In this document: positions 22,714-36,349 of the stretch, one piece after another
How the letters are laid out: the number at the start of each line of letters is the position of its first letter
Position numbering within the stretch: position 1 is the stretch's first letter
NCBI RefSeq assembly: GCF_963921235.1
Contig: NC_086101.1
Location: 125,612,001-125,676,000 of the forward strand
Length of the DNA stretch: 64,000 nt
Direction of reading: 5' to 3'
Source: Mobula hypostoma
Lineage: Eukaryota
Program-made: the position numbers and the translations under genes
Notes under the pieces: model-generated
What the model was told of the DNA's origin: nothing
Seen by the model: the letters and a program-made list of their open reading frames with translations, nothing else
Databases searched by the model: none

Positions 22714-24619
22714 AATTGTTTTGTTACCAACTTGATCATAGTTGTGCATTTTTGATATCATAAATATGTTAATTTTAAAACTGAACTGTTTCTCTTTAGA
22801 TTTCAACAGTGGTAGTGCATAAGAAAATAACTGAATGCTGAATTCACATTATAATTGTTCCTCTTAAACATTTTCCTTCAATATAATGGAGCATAAATTC
22901 TGATCCTGTGGATCTAGCAGCAGGAATGTAGTGAAAGAACCCAGAATTCAGCATGATCTATTATCAAAGCTGAACAACTGGGTCTAAAGAAGGGGAAAAA
23001 CCATTCTTCAAAAGGAATCCAACATTCATTTTGGACCCCAAAAACCCTTGAAATCTACAGAAAATTGATTATGGTTTAACAGATCGCTAAGAAATATAAA
23101 ATGATTCTTTCTTCACTTTGTTATGTGTAGCAAACCAGCATCAATCTTCTTTTTTATTTCTAGCCACGTTGCAGTGTGCATGTGTGGCATCTAATAGATT
23201 TTCCAGGATTTCATTTGAATGCTTTACAAAACAGTACAAGTCTCTTCCCTTGTGACTAATAAAGTGCAATAACATCTTTACTTTCATGAGACCTAATTTA
23301 TTTGTTGACTAATTTCTTGCATAATCAGCATGCTTTAAAAAGTTACCTGCCTGGAAATCCAATTGCTCTGACAGGGTCACCCACTCCAATGTGTATTTGA
23401 ACTGTTTTGCTTGGTGTCTCTTGGCACATATCTATGTGTCACCATATTACGCCAAGCATTCAGTATTCAAAATCACAGTATCACAGAACATAGACCCTAG
23501 AAATTTGCAGCACATTACAGGCCCTTCAGCCCACAATGTTGTGCTGACTATGTAACCTACTCTAGAGATGCCTAGAATTTCCCTGCCGCATAGTCCTCTA
23601 TTTTTCTAAGCAGTTCTGGCACTTAGCAATTTAGCAATGTGTCATTTAGCAGTTCTGGCACTACAGTATATCACAGTACTTTTCAACCCTAAGAAGCTTG
23701 AAAATAATCAGCAATACAAACATACTCCTTTATTTAATAAAATATCCTTGTATGCTGAAGGATAGTATTCTTCCCGCACCTTACTTCCACAGAGGCAATT
23801 ACCTTCAGAGAAGTTACATCTTAAACATTGTAACAACAGAGAATGCATTTGGTCACTAATCTTACCTCATAGAGACCTCATATAGCTATGGTTGTTGACA
23901 ATAACTTTTACATTTAGCACAAATATCATACTAGTTAAACATGGTGGATTTCCTTTTCTAAAGGATATTACTAAAGATGGTGGGTTTTTATGACAGTCCA
24001 TAGTACATAATAACAATACAAGTCATCAGGTGAAAGGAGTGGACTGAACATCTTTTTCAAAATATTCTGTTGCCTGGTGAATGTAGAAACTGTGACAGAA
24101 TAAAGGTTATTATGTATTTTATGAAGTCTAAGTGAGTTTTCATAGCTTACAAGGCCATAATTACTTAATAATTGTTTGACCACTTTTCCATATAGTCTGT
24201 GATTCTTCAGTTATTTCAAAACATGAGGGATATTGAAACTGTTTTGCTTGCCTTTTTACATTCTTGTTCATAATAATTAACTTCCTATCCAAATTTCATG
24301 AAATGTTCTTATTATTTTTTTCATTTCACATTAAAAACTTAATTATAGATTGTGTCATCTTGATTATGCCACTTGATTATACTGGAGGTTTTGAATTTAA
24401 GGTGAAAATAGGAGAAATCCAGATCAGATTTTATCTATATCTTTGTAGGCACATATCACTGCTGTGCAAACTCCTGAATAGTGTTTACATTGCTTCATCA
24501 TTGAAGAAATTCTGAAGCATCTCAGTATTTTACTGGTATACAATGACAATCTTAGTTACTTGTAGCTGTAGAACTATCTATTTTGACAGAATACAATTCT
24601 TCAAATTTCTGTCTTTCAG

Positions 24620-24741
24620 GAATTTACTACAGTCCTGATGTAGACAGCTTGCTGGCACTAAAAGAGTACATTGAAGGCCTTCCCTTTATTGATGACCCAG
24701 AAATATTTGGAATGCATGAAAATGCTAATTTAGCTTTCCAG
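24620..24741 (+). CDS. DNAH6: DNAH6 exon ([11 protein letters not shown]...[17 protein letters not shown])
   Basis: ttcag acceptor, CAG|gttagt donor, 122 nt; [10 protein letters not shown] motif. Confidence 0.96.
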
Positions 24742-24760
24742 GTTAGTATCAAATAAAACA

Positions 24761-25830
24761 ATAAGACCATAAGACATAGGAGCAGAATTAGGCCATTTGG
24801 CCCATCGTGTCTGCTTCACCATTCGGTCATGGCTGGTTTATATTCTATCTCAACCCCATTCTCCTGCCTACTCCCTGTAATTTTTGACACACTTACTAAT
24901 CAAGAACCCATCAACCTCCGTTTTAGATATACCCAATGACTTGTCTTCCACAACCATCTGTGGCAATGAATTCCACAGATTCACTAGCCTCTGGCTAAGG
25001 GAATTCCTCATCTCTGTTCTAAAGAGATGTCCTTCCATTCTGAGGCCATACCATCTAGTCCTAGACTCTCCCACTATAGGAAATGTCCTCTCCATGTCCA
25101 CTCTATCTATGTCTTTCAATATTCAATAGATTTCAATGAGATGCCCCCCTCATTGTTCGAAATTCCAGTGAGTAAAGACCCAGAACCATCAAATACTCCT
25201 CATATGTTAACCCTTTCATATGCAGTATCATTCTCATGAACCTCTTCTGAATCCTCTTCAATACAAGCACATCTTTTAAGTAAGCAGCTCAAAACTGCTC
25301 ACAGTACTCCACATGTGGTCTGACCAATGCCTTATAAAACAAAGCATTACATTCTAGCTTTTATATTCTAGTCTTCTCTAAATTAATGCTAATATTTTAT
25401 TTGTCTAACTTACTACTGACTCAAATAGTAAGTTAGCCTTTACAATATCTTGTACTAGGACTACCTTTGCACCTTTGATATTTGAATCTTCTCCCCATTT
25501 AGAAAATAGTCTATGCCTTTATTCCTTCTACCAAAGTGCATAGCCATACATTTTCAGACATTGTATTCCATCTGCCACTTCTTTGCCCATTTCCTAATCT
25601 GTCCAAGTCCTTCTGCAGACTCCCTGCTTACTCAACACTTCCTGTCCCTCCATTTATGCTTCTACCAGCCACAAACTTGGCCACAATCCATCAATTCCAT
25701 CATCCAGATCCTTAACATATAACATAGCGGACCCAACACCCACCACCGTGGAATGCCACTAGTCACTGCCAGCCAACCAGAAAAGGCCCCCTTTATTCCC
25801 ACTTTTTGCCTTCTGCTAGTTAGCCAAACT
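24761..25830 (-). mobile_element. CR1 LINE 3' fragment
   Basis: Minus-strand WLTSRRQKVGIKGAFSGWLAVTSGIP and SQRLVNLWNSLP; tail (TCTTATGG)-like at 24761-24780. Confidence 0.85.
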
Positions 25831-25974
25831 TCTATGCAATGAAATAATCTCAGTATTATTTCATAATGTAAAATGAATATGCAATGATAAAAGGACTGCA
25901 CCAGTCAAAGTAACGTGCTGATACCCATTCATAAGGTAGTTATTCTATCCACTATTGCATAGTGTCACTTTAAT

Positions 25975-26395
25975 TGGGAGCCATCAAGAACATAAATACA
26001 GAAAGGTGCCGGGAAAGGGTAGTCACATCATGAAGGACCCCACTCACCCTGCTCATGGACTGCTTATCCCACTTCCATCAGGGAAGAGGCTATGTAGCAT
26101 CCACACCAGGAGCACCAGGCTCAAAAACAGTTACTTTTCCCAAGTAGTGAGGCTGATCAGTACCTTTATCCACTAACCCCACACCCTCCTGATACTTCCT
26201 ACCACCACTACTTTATCACTTCCTGTCAGAGTTGCCTTATGTATAGACATTCCTATGCCTATATATCTATGTATGTAATCCATCTTACAGATATATGTTT
26301 ATTGTTATTTTTTGTGTTGCATCGGATCCACAGTAGCAATTATTTTATTCTCCTTTACACATGTATACTGGAGATGACATTAGACAATCTTGAAT
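25975..26395 (+). mobile_element. Rex1/Babar-type LINE 3' end
   Basis: IMKDPTHPAHGLLIPLPSGKRLCSIHTRSTRLKNSYFSQVVRL. Confidence 0.8.
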
Positions 26396-26789
26396 GACTA
26401 TAGTCCTTCTGGTGGTGGTATAACATGGTATGATGTGAGGCTTTAATGCATGAGGTGAAACAGAATACACTATATTTGTAGAAATGTGTGTAAAATATAT
26501 AAAGTTTTGATATATTTTCTAAGGATTCATAATTATAAGTGATAGTCTTCAGTCAATGAATTGGTAACAGGTGGTGTTAAAATGAAGAATGATTACAAAA
26601 CCTGTGACAGACAATAGTTTGCTCGAAAATGGACTATACTAGGATAAGTAGCTTTTGAACATCAAGCAATTTCTGGTGAAAAAGAAATATAATACACAAA
26701 TAAAGAAAAATATGAAAATGAAAAGTCAAATATTATTTAAATTGGATTAGGTTATTTAGTTCTGATGTATCGTCTGAGTCTACTGGTAC

Positions 26790-27200
26790 CATGTAACCCA
26801 GTACTACCTGTCGCATGGTCGGGTGGGTTGGTGACTAAACTGGCTCCCCTACCAGGCTTGCCTGGTAAGGGTGGCTAGACACCCTGCAGGATGAAAAACA
26901 AGACCTTTCAAAGGGTGGATGGACCCTCTTGTAAGGTCAACGACCATCTAGCAAACACATGCTGTGAAGTGCGGAAAGGACATCCCTTGCATTGAAGCTT
27001 GGTCTGGCCATTCACTGCAACAGAATTTCTCCCAGCCGTCTTGGACCCCACCATGCCACTGGATCCAGGAGGAGATGTCGAGAGGGTGGGTCTGGACCTG
27101 TGCAACCCCCTACTCACCTAAAATCCATTCACGCAAATGCTGTTCCTTTCTGAGGAGTGGGGTAGCTGACTGAAAGGAACCATTATCATCCTATGGGATG
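26790..27200. repeat. Unclassified GC-richer interspersed-repeat-like block
   Basis: Abrupt GC-rich block in an AT-rich intron with no recognisable ORF; family not identified. Confidence 0.35.
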
Positions 27201-27420
27201 GATAGCGAGAGAGATGGTAGCACTGGAATAAATACTAAATAATTGTATAGTAGAATTTTTAATTGTTTAAATTTACTATCTTCAAATAAATTGTGTTATT
27301 GATTTTTTTCTGTGAAACAATTCATTAAAGTTATGTTAAGCTTTCTTTTCTAGAACTTAAAGCAGTTTTGAGTGGAAGTGTTCAAAAATTATTTTAATGT
27401 CTGTTCACCACTTATTCCAG

Positions 27421-27550
27421 CGCAAGGAAACCAACAAGATGATACTGACAGTTCTTGAAGTACAGCCCAATGTCATTGCACGTGGAGCTGGCAAAAGCAG
27501 TGATGAAGTTGTCAATGAATTAGCAGATTCTATTCTCTCAAAACTTCCAG
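27421..27550 (+). CDS. DNAH6: DNAH6 exon (RKETNKMILTVLEVQP...ADSILSKLP)
   Basis: ttccag acceptor, G|gtaaac donor, 130 nt, open frame in phase. Confidence 0.94.
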
Positions 27551-27669
27551 GTAAACTCATTTAATATTTTATATCCCAGCTAACCTGTTAGCTATTCGAA
27601 ACAGGCTGTTCACTCCACAATACTAATGCCACCTGTTGTACAAATCTGCTGTAATCCTATTTACCTGTT

Positions 27670-28280
27670 TATTGGTTCAAGGGTAACATATCAGCAAGGA
27701 TGGAAGACTAGCAGAACATAAAATTGAGAGTAGGTCTGAATGGGTCATTTTTAGATTGGTAGATAATTAACAGTAGACGTCACCGGTATCAGTCATTGGC
27801 ATTTAATCACTCACAATCCTTATTACTGACTAAAAAGAAAACATAGTGTAATGTATTTAAGAACAGTGATAATACAAAGCCAGTGGGAAACCGAGCTGTG
27901 AGGAGGATTCGTGAGCCTTTAACATTATATAGGAAGATTAAAATTATGTGTGGGCAGAAGTGTCAGGTAATGTATATCATAGGAAAATGTGACATTAAGC
28001 ATTTCGGTGTGAATAAAAGAATAACAGAATATTTTTTGTTTAAAAAGTGAGAAGCTAGAAAACAGTGGTGTAATAATGGATTTAGATGTACTCTTTTGTG
28101 AAATGCCAAATGTAATGTAGATCTACCAGAATAATCTGAGGTACAGTAAGCAATTAAGAGGCAAATTGACCAAAATGATGAGATTGGCTACAAAATAAAG
28201 TTTTATTGAGACTGTACATTGCCTTTGTGAGAGTGTGTTTGGACTACTATACGCAGATTTGGTGGATGGACCCAAATAAG
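27670..28280 (+). mobile_element. Highly degenerate CR1 RT fragment
   Basis: Remnants such as gaaaatgtgacattaagcatttcggt (KC..HFG) and ttggactactatacgcagatttgg (LDY..QIW). Confidence 0.5.
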
Positions 28281-28822
28281 AATAAATTCAAGATAAAAAC
28301 AGAAAATTCTTGAAATATTAGGCAGGTTAAGCAGCATCTAAAGAGGGAAAGAAAGGTAACATCTCAGATAAACAGAGCTTTCAAAAGAGCCAGTAAAAAT
28401 TAGAGATCAAACAGATTTTAAATAGCAGAGGAAAAGACAGGTGTGGAGGTGGTGTAGGAAGAACAAAGGGATTGTCCTGCATTAGGTAGAGACCAACAAT
28501 GAATGCATAACACAAGTGACCGTAGTGGTATCAGGAGAGAGGTTAGTGGAGACTTGTTCATCAGAATTAGATTTATTTACACTGACATTGGTCATGAGAT
28601 TTGTTGTTAGTGGTAACAAATAACAAATTATCATACAATAAAAGGGGAAGAAACTGTTCCTAAAATGTTGAGTGTTTAACCTGAAGGAGATAAGTGCAAA
28701 TAGAGGAGAGGGGAGAAAGATAATGTCAATTTGTGAAATTCAAGATTTCACAAAGAAATTCAAAATTGTCTCCAAGTCTAATGACAAATTTATACTGCTT
28801 TTTCTCCAAATGTTTATTTCAG

Positions 28823-28950
28823 TTAATCTTGACCTTGAAGGTGCAACTGAATTACTATTTGTTAGAGATCAGAAAGGACGCTTGAATTCATTAACCACCG
28901 TACTAGGACAAGAAGTTGATCGCTTTAATAGTCTCCTGGCCGTACTAAAA
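28823..28950 (+). CDS. DNAH6: DNAH6 exon (VNLDLEGATELLFVRDQKGRLNSLTTVLGQEVDRFNSLLAVLK)
   Basis: tttcag acceptor, AAA|gtgagt donor, 128 nt; SLTTVLGQEVDRFN motif. Confidence 0.95.
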
Positions 28951-29232
28951 GTGAGTAATGCTTTCAGTACTGTCACTTTCTCACTTGCAAATTATAGTGT
29001 GAAATTGGCTTGCAGCTTTTTGCTATGGACATGATGACTGAATTAAATTTGACTTAGTATCCTTACCTTAAATTAGTTGTTGGAGTCTTCATTAATTTTA
29101 CGAAATTTGTTATGGCTATGTATATTGTCAAACGGGCAGCATCAAATATTGCTAACACTGAAAGAAAAATGCTTATTTAATATGAAGAACGCATAAAAGC
29201 AGTATTTTTGCTAATTCTAATATTTCAGTTAC

Positions 29233-29555
29233 TGTCAGGTCTGCACAGGCAGGAACCTCCCAGCCTCTACCCAGCTTACAGGCATCACCTACCACTCATT
29301 TCCAACTCATCACCTGCAGCCTATTTAAACCCAGCTCTCATCCACAGTCCTTTGAATACCCATTCAATCAGCTAGCCTCAACCAGTTGCTCTTAGCCTTC
29401 AGTTACCTTGTTGCCTTGCGTAAAGTATCTGTTCTCTCTTGTTTTGTGGTCTCTCATGCCTTATTATGTTGCAGTTTATTAGTAAAGTATTGTTTACTGC
29501 TAAATCATTTTTGCTGCTCTGCTTTTGGGTCAAGTCTTCTCTACACTTCCTGACA
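29233..29555 (+). mobile_element. Solo LTR (323 bp), Gypsy-like
   Basis: TGTCAGG...CCTGACA termini; 5-bp TSD gttac/gttat; internal TATTTAAA and AGTAAA. Confidence 0.85.
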
Positions 29556-30239
29556 GTTATGGCATTTAGGAAGTTATAACGGAGTATGAAAGCATAGTGA
29601 AAGACATAGAACAGCAAAGTAACCTCAGCCAATCATTGATGCCGTTTACTGCTTTATTCACAACTCAAAGTTGTTTGAGAGGAACATTAAGTGGTTAGGT
29701 ACGTCCTTATGTGTGGAAACTCACACACATCACTTAGGCATTGGGAACTGGATTATAATGTTGTATGCCAGAGAATGGGTCGATCAGCATTTGAAATAAG
29801 AGATTCCTTTCAACAAACACTATGCTCATCTAAAATTGATGAACTTATTTTCCATGCTAACTGATGATAGGCAAATGCCAGTTCATTCATGCTAAAGATA
29901 GAGGTACGGATGTTGCTACCTTGATCAGAAAGAGTCTATTCACAGAACAGTAGGAGCCTATTCACACTTCGTAGAGCTGCTAGTATTCTCCAAGGATAAT
30001 GTCAGAATATCTATCAGATACTCTGGAATTCCCTTGAAGTAGTAGTGTCCAGAACCATGATGGTAGCTGTATGAGCTTCCGTAACAGTAAGCTGAGACTT
30101 CATGATTACAGTCTGGGCTTTCACTGTTGCACCTATACTTTCAAAGATGCTGCTTTGCTGCAGTGCATCTAAGAATTATTATTACTATTTATTACTATTG
30201 ACTATTTATTCCTATTTATTACTTTTACTAGTTTATTAC

Positions 30240-30870
30240 TATTGACTCCAATAAACATCTGCTGATGGATATGATGCCCATTTTATATTGGAAGGATGTG
30301 GACTCCACAAAACCACACCACAAAAGTCTGTGTGGGTATGCTTGAGGTGGATATGGTCATGAAGAAAACATTTAGTCTGTTGACCTTCCTAGGCTAAGCA
30401 CTGGAAGTAACAGTTGGGATGTCCTATTGCTGCTGTATAAAACAATGGTTAGACTACACTTGGAGTATTGTGTGCAGTTCAGGTTACCTTAAAATGGGTA
30501 AGCAATAGAAAAAGTGCAGAAAAGTTTCACCATGATTTTTCCAGAATGGAGAGTTATAGTTATACTCTGAGATATGATAGGCTGGGCTTTCCAACTTTGG
30601 AACTTAGAAGGCTGAGGAATGACCCTACAGGGTTTATAAAATTATGAGGGACATTAATGGGATGGATGATTAGACTCTCTTTCTTGAAGCGGGGGAGCCT
30701 AGAACAAAAGGACACAGGTTTAAGTTGAGAGAAGAGAAATTCTGGAGATCTGAAGGGTGGGTGGTAGTTATTGGGAATAAGCTGTTAAAGGAGGTGGGGA
30801 AGGTAGCTCAAATTACATTGTTTAAATACAAATAAATAAAAACTTAGATAGGAAAGTAAGAGAGGGAATA
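30240..30870 (+). mobile_element. Degenerate CR1 3' fragment
   Basis: LYKTMVRLHLEYCVQF, then RRLRND..VYKIMR-like and KGHRFK segments. Confidence 0.7.
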
Positions 30871-31354
30871 CAGACTTGCTAAACATTTAAATTCACCATC
30901 AAAAACTGAAGAATAGGGCACTGTTCCTCAGGGTATTATTAAATATCATTGGTACAATGATGTCTATTTTTATTTCAAAAACTTTAAATTTCTTCCTTCC
31001 AAATATTTGTTTTGGATGTTTTTGTCATCTACATAGAACACAACTTTGTAAAATAAAAGATACAATTCAGATGTAACCAATCAAAATTGAAATAGATTTT
31101 ACTCATTGATTTATAAAATTAGGTATCATCTTTGTAAAGTCAATACTATAACTCACTGGGTAACCATTCATAATCTATGAGATACAATCTTCATTTTAGC
31201 CTATGAATGTTGTTGATTAATATTTTATGCTGCAATATTCCTTTCTTTTTGAATGATTGGAATCTTCTAGGTCACTATTAGTTTGCATGTTATATGATGA
31301 AAATGAGATGATTATTGCTGATAACATGTCTAAAATAATTTCAATGCTGAATCA

Positions 31355-31616
31355 AAGGGTGGAGCTTGTGTTCTCTTGACATTCTTCAATGTTGTCGTTT
31401 CCTTCCACATCCCAAAATTGTGTAAGTTGATTACCTGATCTCTGTAAATTGTCCTTAAAGTATAATGAATGGTAGAATCTGAGATGTAGTTACACATGTG
31501 GGTAGAACAAAACAAGCTTGGGTAGGATTAGTTTAAAAATCATTTGATGTTTGGTATGGATTCATTGGACCAAAGGGCCCATTTCTGTGCTGTATCCTCT
31601 GTCATTCTATGACTCT
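31355..31616 (+). mobile_element. SINE remnant with CR1-type tail
   Basis: tttccttccacatcccaaa central motif; tail ggaccaaagggcccatttctgtgctgtat...ctatgactct. Confidence 0.5.
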
Positions 31617-33088
31617 GTTTTGAATATCAGTAGCAGCTCTATAGAGAGAAAAACAAAGGAAGCCATAGGTAGGCATTGATACGTTTACATGTGCGGGATC
31701 AACCTTGCCTTAAACTCCCTTGCCCCTTAAAGAAGTTCAGCTTTGTGATTTACACAGGGCAGATGATTATGTTCCTATAGTCAAATAGCTTGGTCACATG
31801 CTTTCTAACTACTACCAGTGCAGTTAACAATGTTACTTAATATCTGTTACAAATCCTATATTTAGCTGAAAATTTCAAAACAAAAGTCAATGCTAAAAAG
31901 GTGAAATGGAAGTATAAGATGCTGGGCAATCTTACACTTTGCCGAGCCTTTGTTGCCATTATTCTTAGCCGTTATTGTCATATTTTTGGCAAGCTACAGA
32001 TAGCTGTTCAACGTCCCTAACAAAAAGACGGTAAAGAAGTTTCAAATTTTGAGCCAAAATTGGTTGCAAAACTAGGAGTTTTGCAACCAAAAGGAGCAGA
32101 AAATGAGAGGACGAAAACGGAAGGGCTAGTGTCATGAAGAGGGCAAGCAATTGAGAGATGGGCAGATAGTTACAATGTTCCATTGTTTTTTGAAACTTTC
32201 CTTTTTATTGCAGCATAATTGTTTTAACAATGGTTGGTTAGGTTGCATTAAGACCCAGATTTCTTGATTTTCACCACCTTGTTGTTCTACTTCAACTTTC
32301 GGTTAAGTAATGTCTCCGTTTTAAAATTCTCACAAAAAAAATCCTTTCACTGTCTTGCCCATTACCCTCTAATGTCTAATAACCCTAAAATGTTGTGTTA
32401 CTCCTTCAAATCTTTCTTCTTGACCTCCCCTGAATTTAAATTTCTGGGTGGTTCTCTTAATAACCTGATTTTCTACCCACCCGTCATCCTTAAAGATACT
32501 TCTGCAAACGTACTTCATTAACCAGGTTTCATGTCCTCTCTCCTGATGTATCCTTGTGTGGTCCATTGGGGTTATCTATTAGATGACCCTTCTATGAAGT
32601 ATCTGGTTTTAATTAGTGATGTTGAGGTACTGATGTTATACCTCTTTACATGGTAAAGCCAGCTATTTTCCAATCTTTTGAGATTTCTCATGTATTGTAT
32701 TGTTTCTCACTTTTGCTTTGTGCCCAATTTATCCTGCTCAGGATTTATGTTGCTTTGTTAAATGCCATGGATACAGAAAGGCATTCCTAGATTAAATGAA
32801 ATGGATGGGATATCCCTAAGCTCATATTTCTTCCAGTGGTAGCCAAATAAGTTCGCACTGGACATTGGGACTCCTTGTTGCATCCTTAAAGCTACGCCAG
32901 AAGCGGTGACAAGAGCACAGCTGAAGCATGTTATTGCCTGCTGCACTAGATGCTGGCATATATCATGCTGGACAGGCAAAGTGTACCTCCTGCAAGTCTT
33001 GAATTATTGCCATTTTAGCTAGATTGTTGAAACCAGATTAAAAATATCCACTGCATTCTTTGATGATTGCTTTTCCCTATCTATCCAG

Positions 33089-33274
33089 GACTCTTTGGTT
33101 ATATTAAATAAGGCTATTGCTGGATTTGTGGTAATGTCTGAAGAGGTAGAAAAGGTGTACACCAGCTTCCTGAACAATCAAGTTCCATCCTTGTGGGCTA
33201 ATGCAGCTTATCCATCGCTCAAAGCCTTGGGATCGTGGGTGAAGGACTTTATATTGAGAACAGAGTTTATAGCG
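33089..33274 (+). CDS. DNAH6: DNAH6 exon ([19 protein letters not shown]...[23 protein letters not shown])
   Basis: tccag acceptor, GCG|gtgaga donor, 186 nt; YPSLK.LGSW motif of the dynein C-terminal domain. Confidence 0.96.
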
Positions 33275-33859
33275 GTGAGACACAATGTAATATACTAAAT
33301 TCTTTTTAGTTGTGATTGTGAAAAACTGATTCCATTTATAGTTTGTTTTTGTACATAAGAAATGACTGATGTTATGGCATTTCAAGGATTAGGTAAGACT
33401 TGTAGAACCAATGTGTAATACGTTATACTTTGTGATTTTTTTGTGATAATTAAGCACTTGTTTCAACTAAGAATCAATTATAACTTTCTGTGCATTAAAT
33501 TATTAAATAACTCTTTAAAATTCTGGATTGAAATCATTTCATAGTAATACTTTGGTTATTCTATTGTAGTATCCAGATGAGATAGATGGGCCAGTGAATA
33601 GTTCCATTGTCATATTTTATCTGGTCTAGAAAATAATTGTATAAGAGCCTTAATTCAGTATATTTGTTTTTAAGTAAAAAGGTGGGTTCAAAACCTACTC
33701 CAGAGCATTATGGGTGTACTGCATTGTTAATTTACCTATCTTTTCGATAAAAAAATCTTTGCAGTTAATCAGCGTTCACTTGCTCTTTCTCCAATCTAGT
33801 GTATTTCATTTGATATTCATGTGTGGTCTCCTCTGGATTGGAGAATTAGATTTGTGGAG

Positions 33860-34335
33860 TACCTATGTGCAGTCCCTAGAAGTTCTCACTGAATTTCCAG
33901 GATAGATGCTATTTTACTTCAGATCTTACTTCCACTCTGACTTCTCTCTCTGGGGAAGCATCAACTGGAATATTGTTGCCTGCAGGATTCAGTATTGACT
34001 TTTTCACTTCAGTTTCTTTCTATCTGTTTGTATGAGGATTGGCTTTTCATGCTTGCCATTCTTCTCTGCCTTTCATTGTAGACCAAACTGTATAACACCA
34101 CCCAGCCTTTACAAGATTACCAATATATTACACAGAGAAAGGAGCTTAACCATCCATTCAATGGCTTCTTCATTTTCCTCTGTTACAAACATATCCTTTG
34201 TTCCACCCATTTTTCCGCTTTGACCTTCTCTGCTACTTAGACTAACTTGATTTCTCTATTTCTCAGTCCGATGAAGGATGTCTTTGACTTCAAATGTTAA
34301 CTGTTTCTCTTTCCACAGATGCTGCCTGACCTGTC
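33860..34335 (+). mobile_element. Old PLE 3' end with decayed hammerhead core
   Basis: ccactctgacttctct...agtattgactttttcacttcag parallels 2690-2830; ends cagtccgatgaagga...aaatgttaactg...acagatgctgcctgacctg. Confidence 0.55.
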
Positions 34336-34839
34336 CTCCTGAATTTAGAAGTCCTTATCTATAAATAACATACATGTGAGAGGACTAGTAAGCATTTTAG
34401 ATGGTCTAGAAAGAGGCAGTAAAAAGTTAGTTTTACATAATGTCGTAAAGCATTGATCAATAACTCACACTTAGTTTTAGGTTTAAATGTTGTAGATAAA
34501 CTGATTTGTAAATTAGCTGCCATTGAAAATAATGTGGATCTATTGATGCTAACATTTTGCCCTTGGGTAGAGTTAAGAGTCTGAATCCATATTTCTATTG
34601 CATGGTATTACATTTATCTGTATTAGACAGATGAAGTTGTGTAGGTACTTTGTTTACACCAAAGATAAGATTTAATAAACCACTTTTTCCCTTTGTCCAA
34701 AAAAGGATTGTTTAAAGTTCAACAAACGCATGTGTAAAGCTTTGGTGATCATTTTGGTTGTGATCAGTAATTCAGGATGTTTTGAGGACTCTTCTAGGAC
34801 TTTTAATCTGCATTAAAAATTTGGGATTCTCTTTAGGAG

Positions 34840-35706
34840 CAAAGGTTCAAAGGTTCATTTATTATCAATGTATACAACTCTGAAATTCTTCTCCGGGTAG
34901 CTATGAAACCAAGAAAGAAAAGAAAGACAGCACGATCATCAACTCCCCCTCCCCAAATTCCTCCTCCCCGCACAAAAAACTCAGGGCAGGCACATCAACC
35001 CCCAATTTCCCCCTCCACTCACAAAAAAAAGAAAGATTGGGTGAAAAACACAGAATATAAAAAACTATAAGACTGAAAAAAATCTATAGTCCAAGTCTAT
35101 ATCCAGAACGCAGAAAACCTAGGTAACATTTTCAGGTACAGCAGCAGGCTCTCCCCTCAAAAGACAGACAGCTAGCGCTCACCTTTTGCATTTGCCTCAA
35201 TGGTTCAATCTGCCTTGTCACCTTAATTGGCGTGCAATGGAAGCTTTAATCAGTGAAATAGAGTCAAACATTGGTTTATGTCCCATCCCACAGCCTGCCC
35301 ACAACAAGGTTCATGCACTCTGCCTCTGTCTCCCAGAATCCCCTTGGAGACTGAAGGGCACTGAAGCACCCAAACGAACACCAAACTTTTGTATTCACCT
35401 CAACGTTTCAATCTTGTTTTAATCGGTGAAATGGAGTCAAACATCGGCTCACACCCTGTCCCATGGCCTGCCTGCCATGAGGTTTGTGCACACTGCCTCT
35501 GCCTTCCAGAATCCTCTTGGAGACTGCAGAGCTTTGGAACACCAAGATGATCCTCAAACAGTAAATCACAGGATCCAACAGCTCCAGAATCACATCCAAG
35601 ACAAAAAAAAATGTAAAAGACATAAAAGAAGTGAAGTATGTTGTTTCAGGATCTATCCAGAAGATGTTGACTGAAGGAGCATTGTATGCAGAGGTCATCT
35701 TGACCA
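34840..35706 (-). mobile_element. Non-autonomous retroposon-like element with an internal ~175-bp tandem duplication
   Basis: Minus-strand tail aataaatgaacctttgaacctttg; head ggtcaagatgac; units ~35245-35352 and ~35418-35526 are diverged direct repeats. Confidence 0.55.
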
Positions 35707-36059
35707 GACATTCCTCTACAATAAAGCCTTGTAGGTTAATTTTCTGCCAATATTCTTTTAGTCTTCTTTGAAAGTAGACTTACTGTTCCTGTTTCACAGT
35801 ATCAGTCATCTCCCAAGATTGTAGCTGAACAGTGACTTCATTTTGGAATCTTTTAAGAGAATGTTGGTAGGCCATTTAACTATGAGTATTTATGGAGAAG
35901 ATTTACATTTGCCAGTAAGACTCACTGGATAGTAAATAGGGAAAGGGATTAGTCTCCTTGATCTCTCTTCTTCAGATACACTTCATAGTAATGTGGGCTA
36001 GCAGTAGAGATGCATGACTTCTTCTCAATGTAATGCATCTATTTACTAATTTCTCCATG

Positions 36060-36342
36060 GAACACTTTGCTGTCTGGAGGCATCATAGGTTGCTATGACA
36101 ACTGCTCTGGCTGAGATCTTAAGAACTCCAGAGAGAATGGACACAGCTGAGCACATGATGAAGACAAGTCTTCCCTCCATCAACTCTGACTATACTTTTT
36201 GCAGCCTGGTAAAATAGAAAACATAATAAAAAGGCCTCTCTTACCCCTGATATTCTCTCTTTTGAACCTTCAAATTATGTGGAAGGTGCAAAAGCCTGTA
36301 AGCTCATATTACTAGGTTCAAGGACAGCTTCTATCTTGCTGT
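36060..36342 (+). mobile_element. Rex/Babar-type fragment, apparently continuing at ~40140-40385
   Basis: TRFKDSFYLAV-like end of ORF (actaggttcaaggacagcttctat); UTR-like sequence resumes after the CR1 block. Confidence 0.5.
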
Positions 36343-36349
36343 TAGTTCT

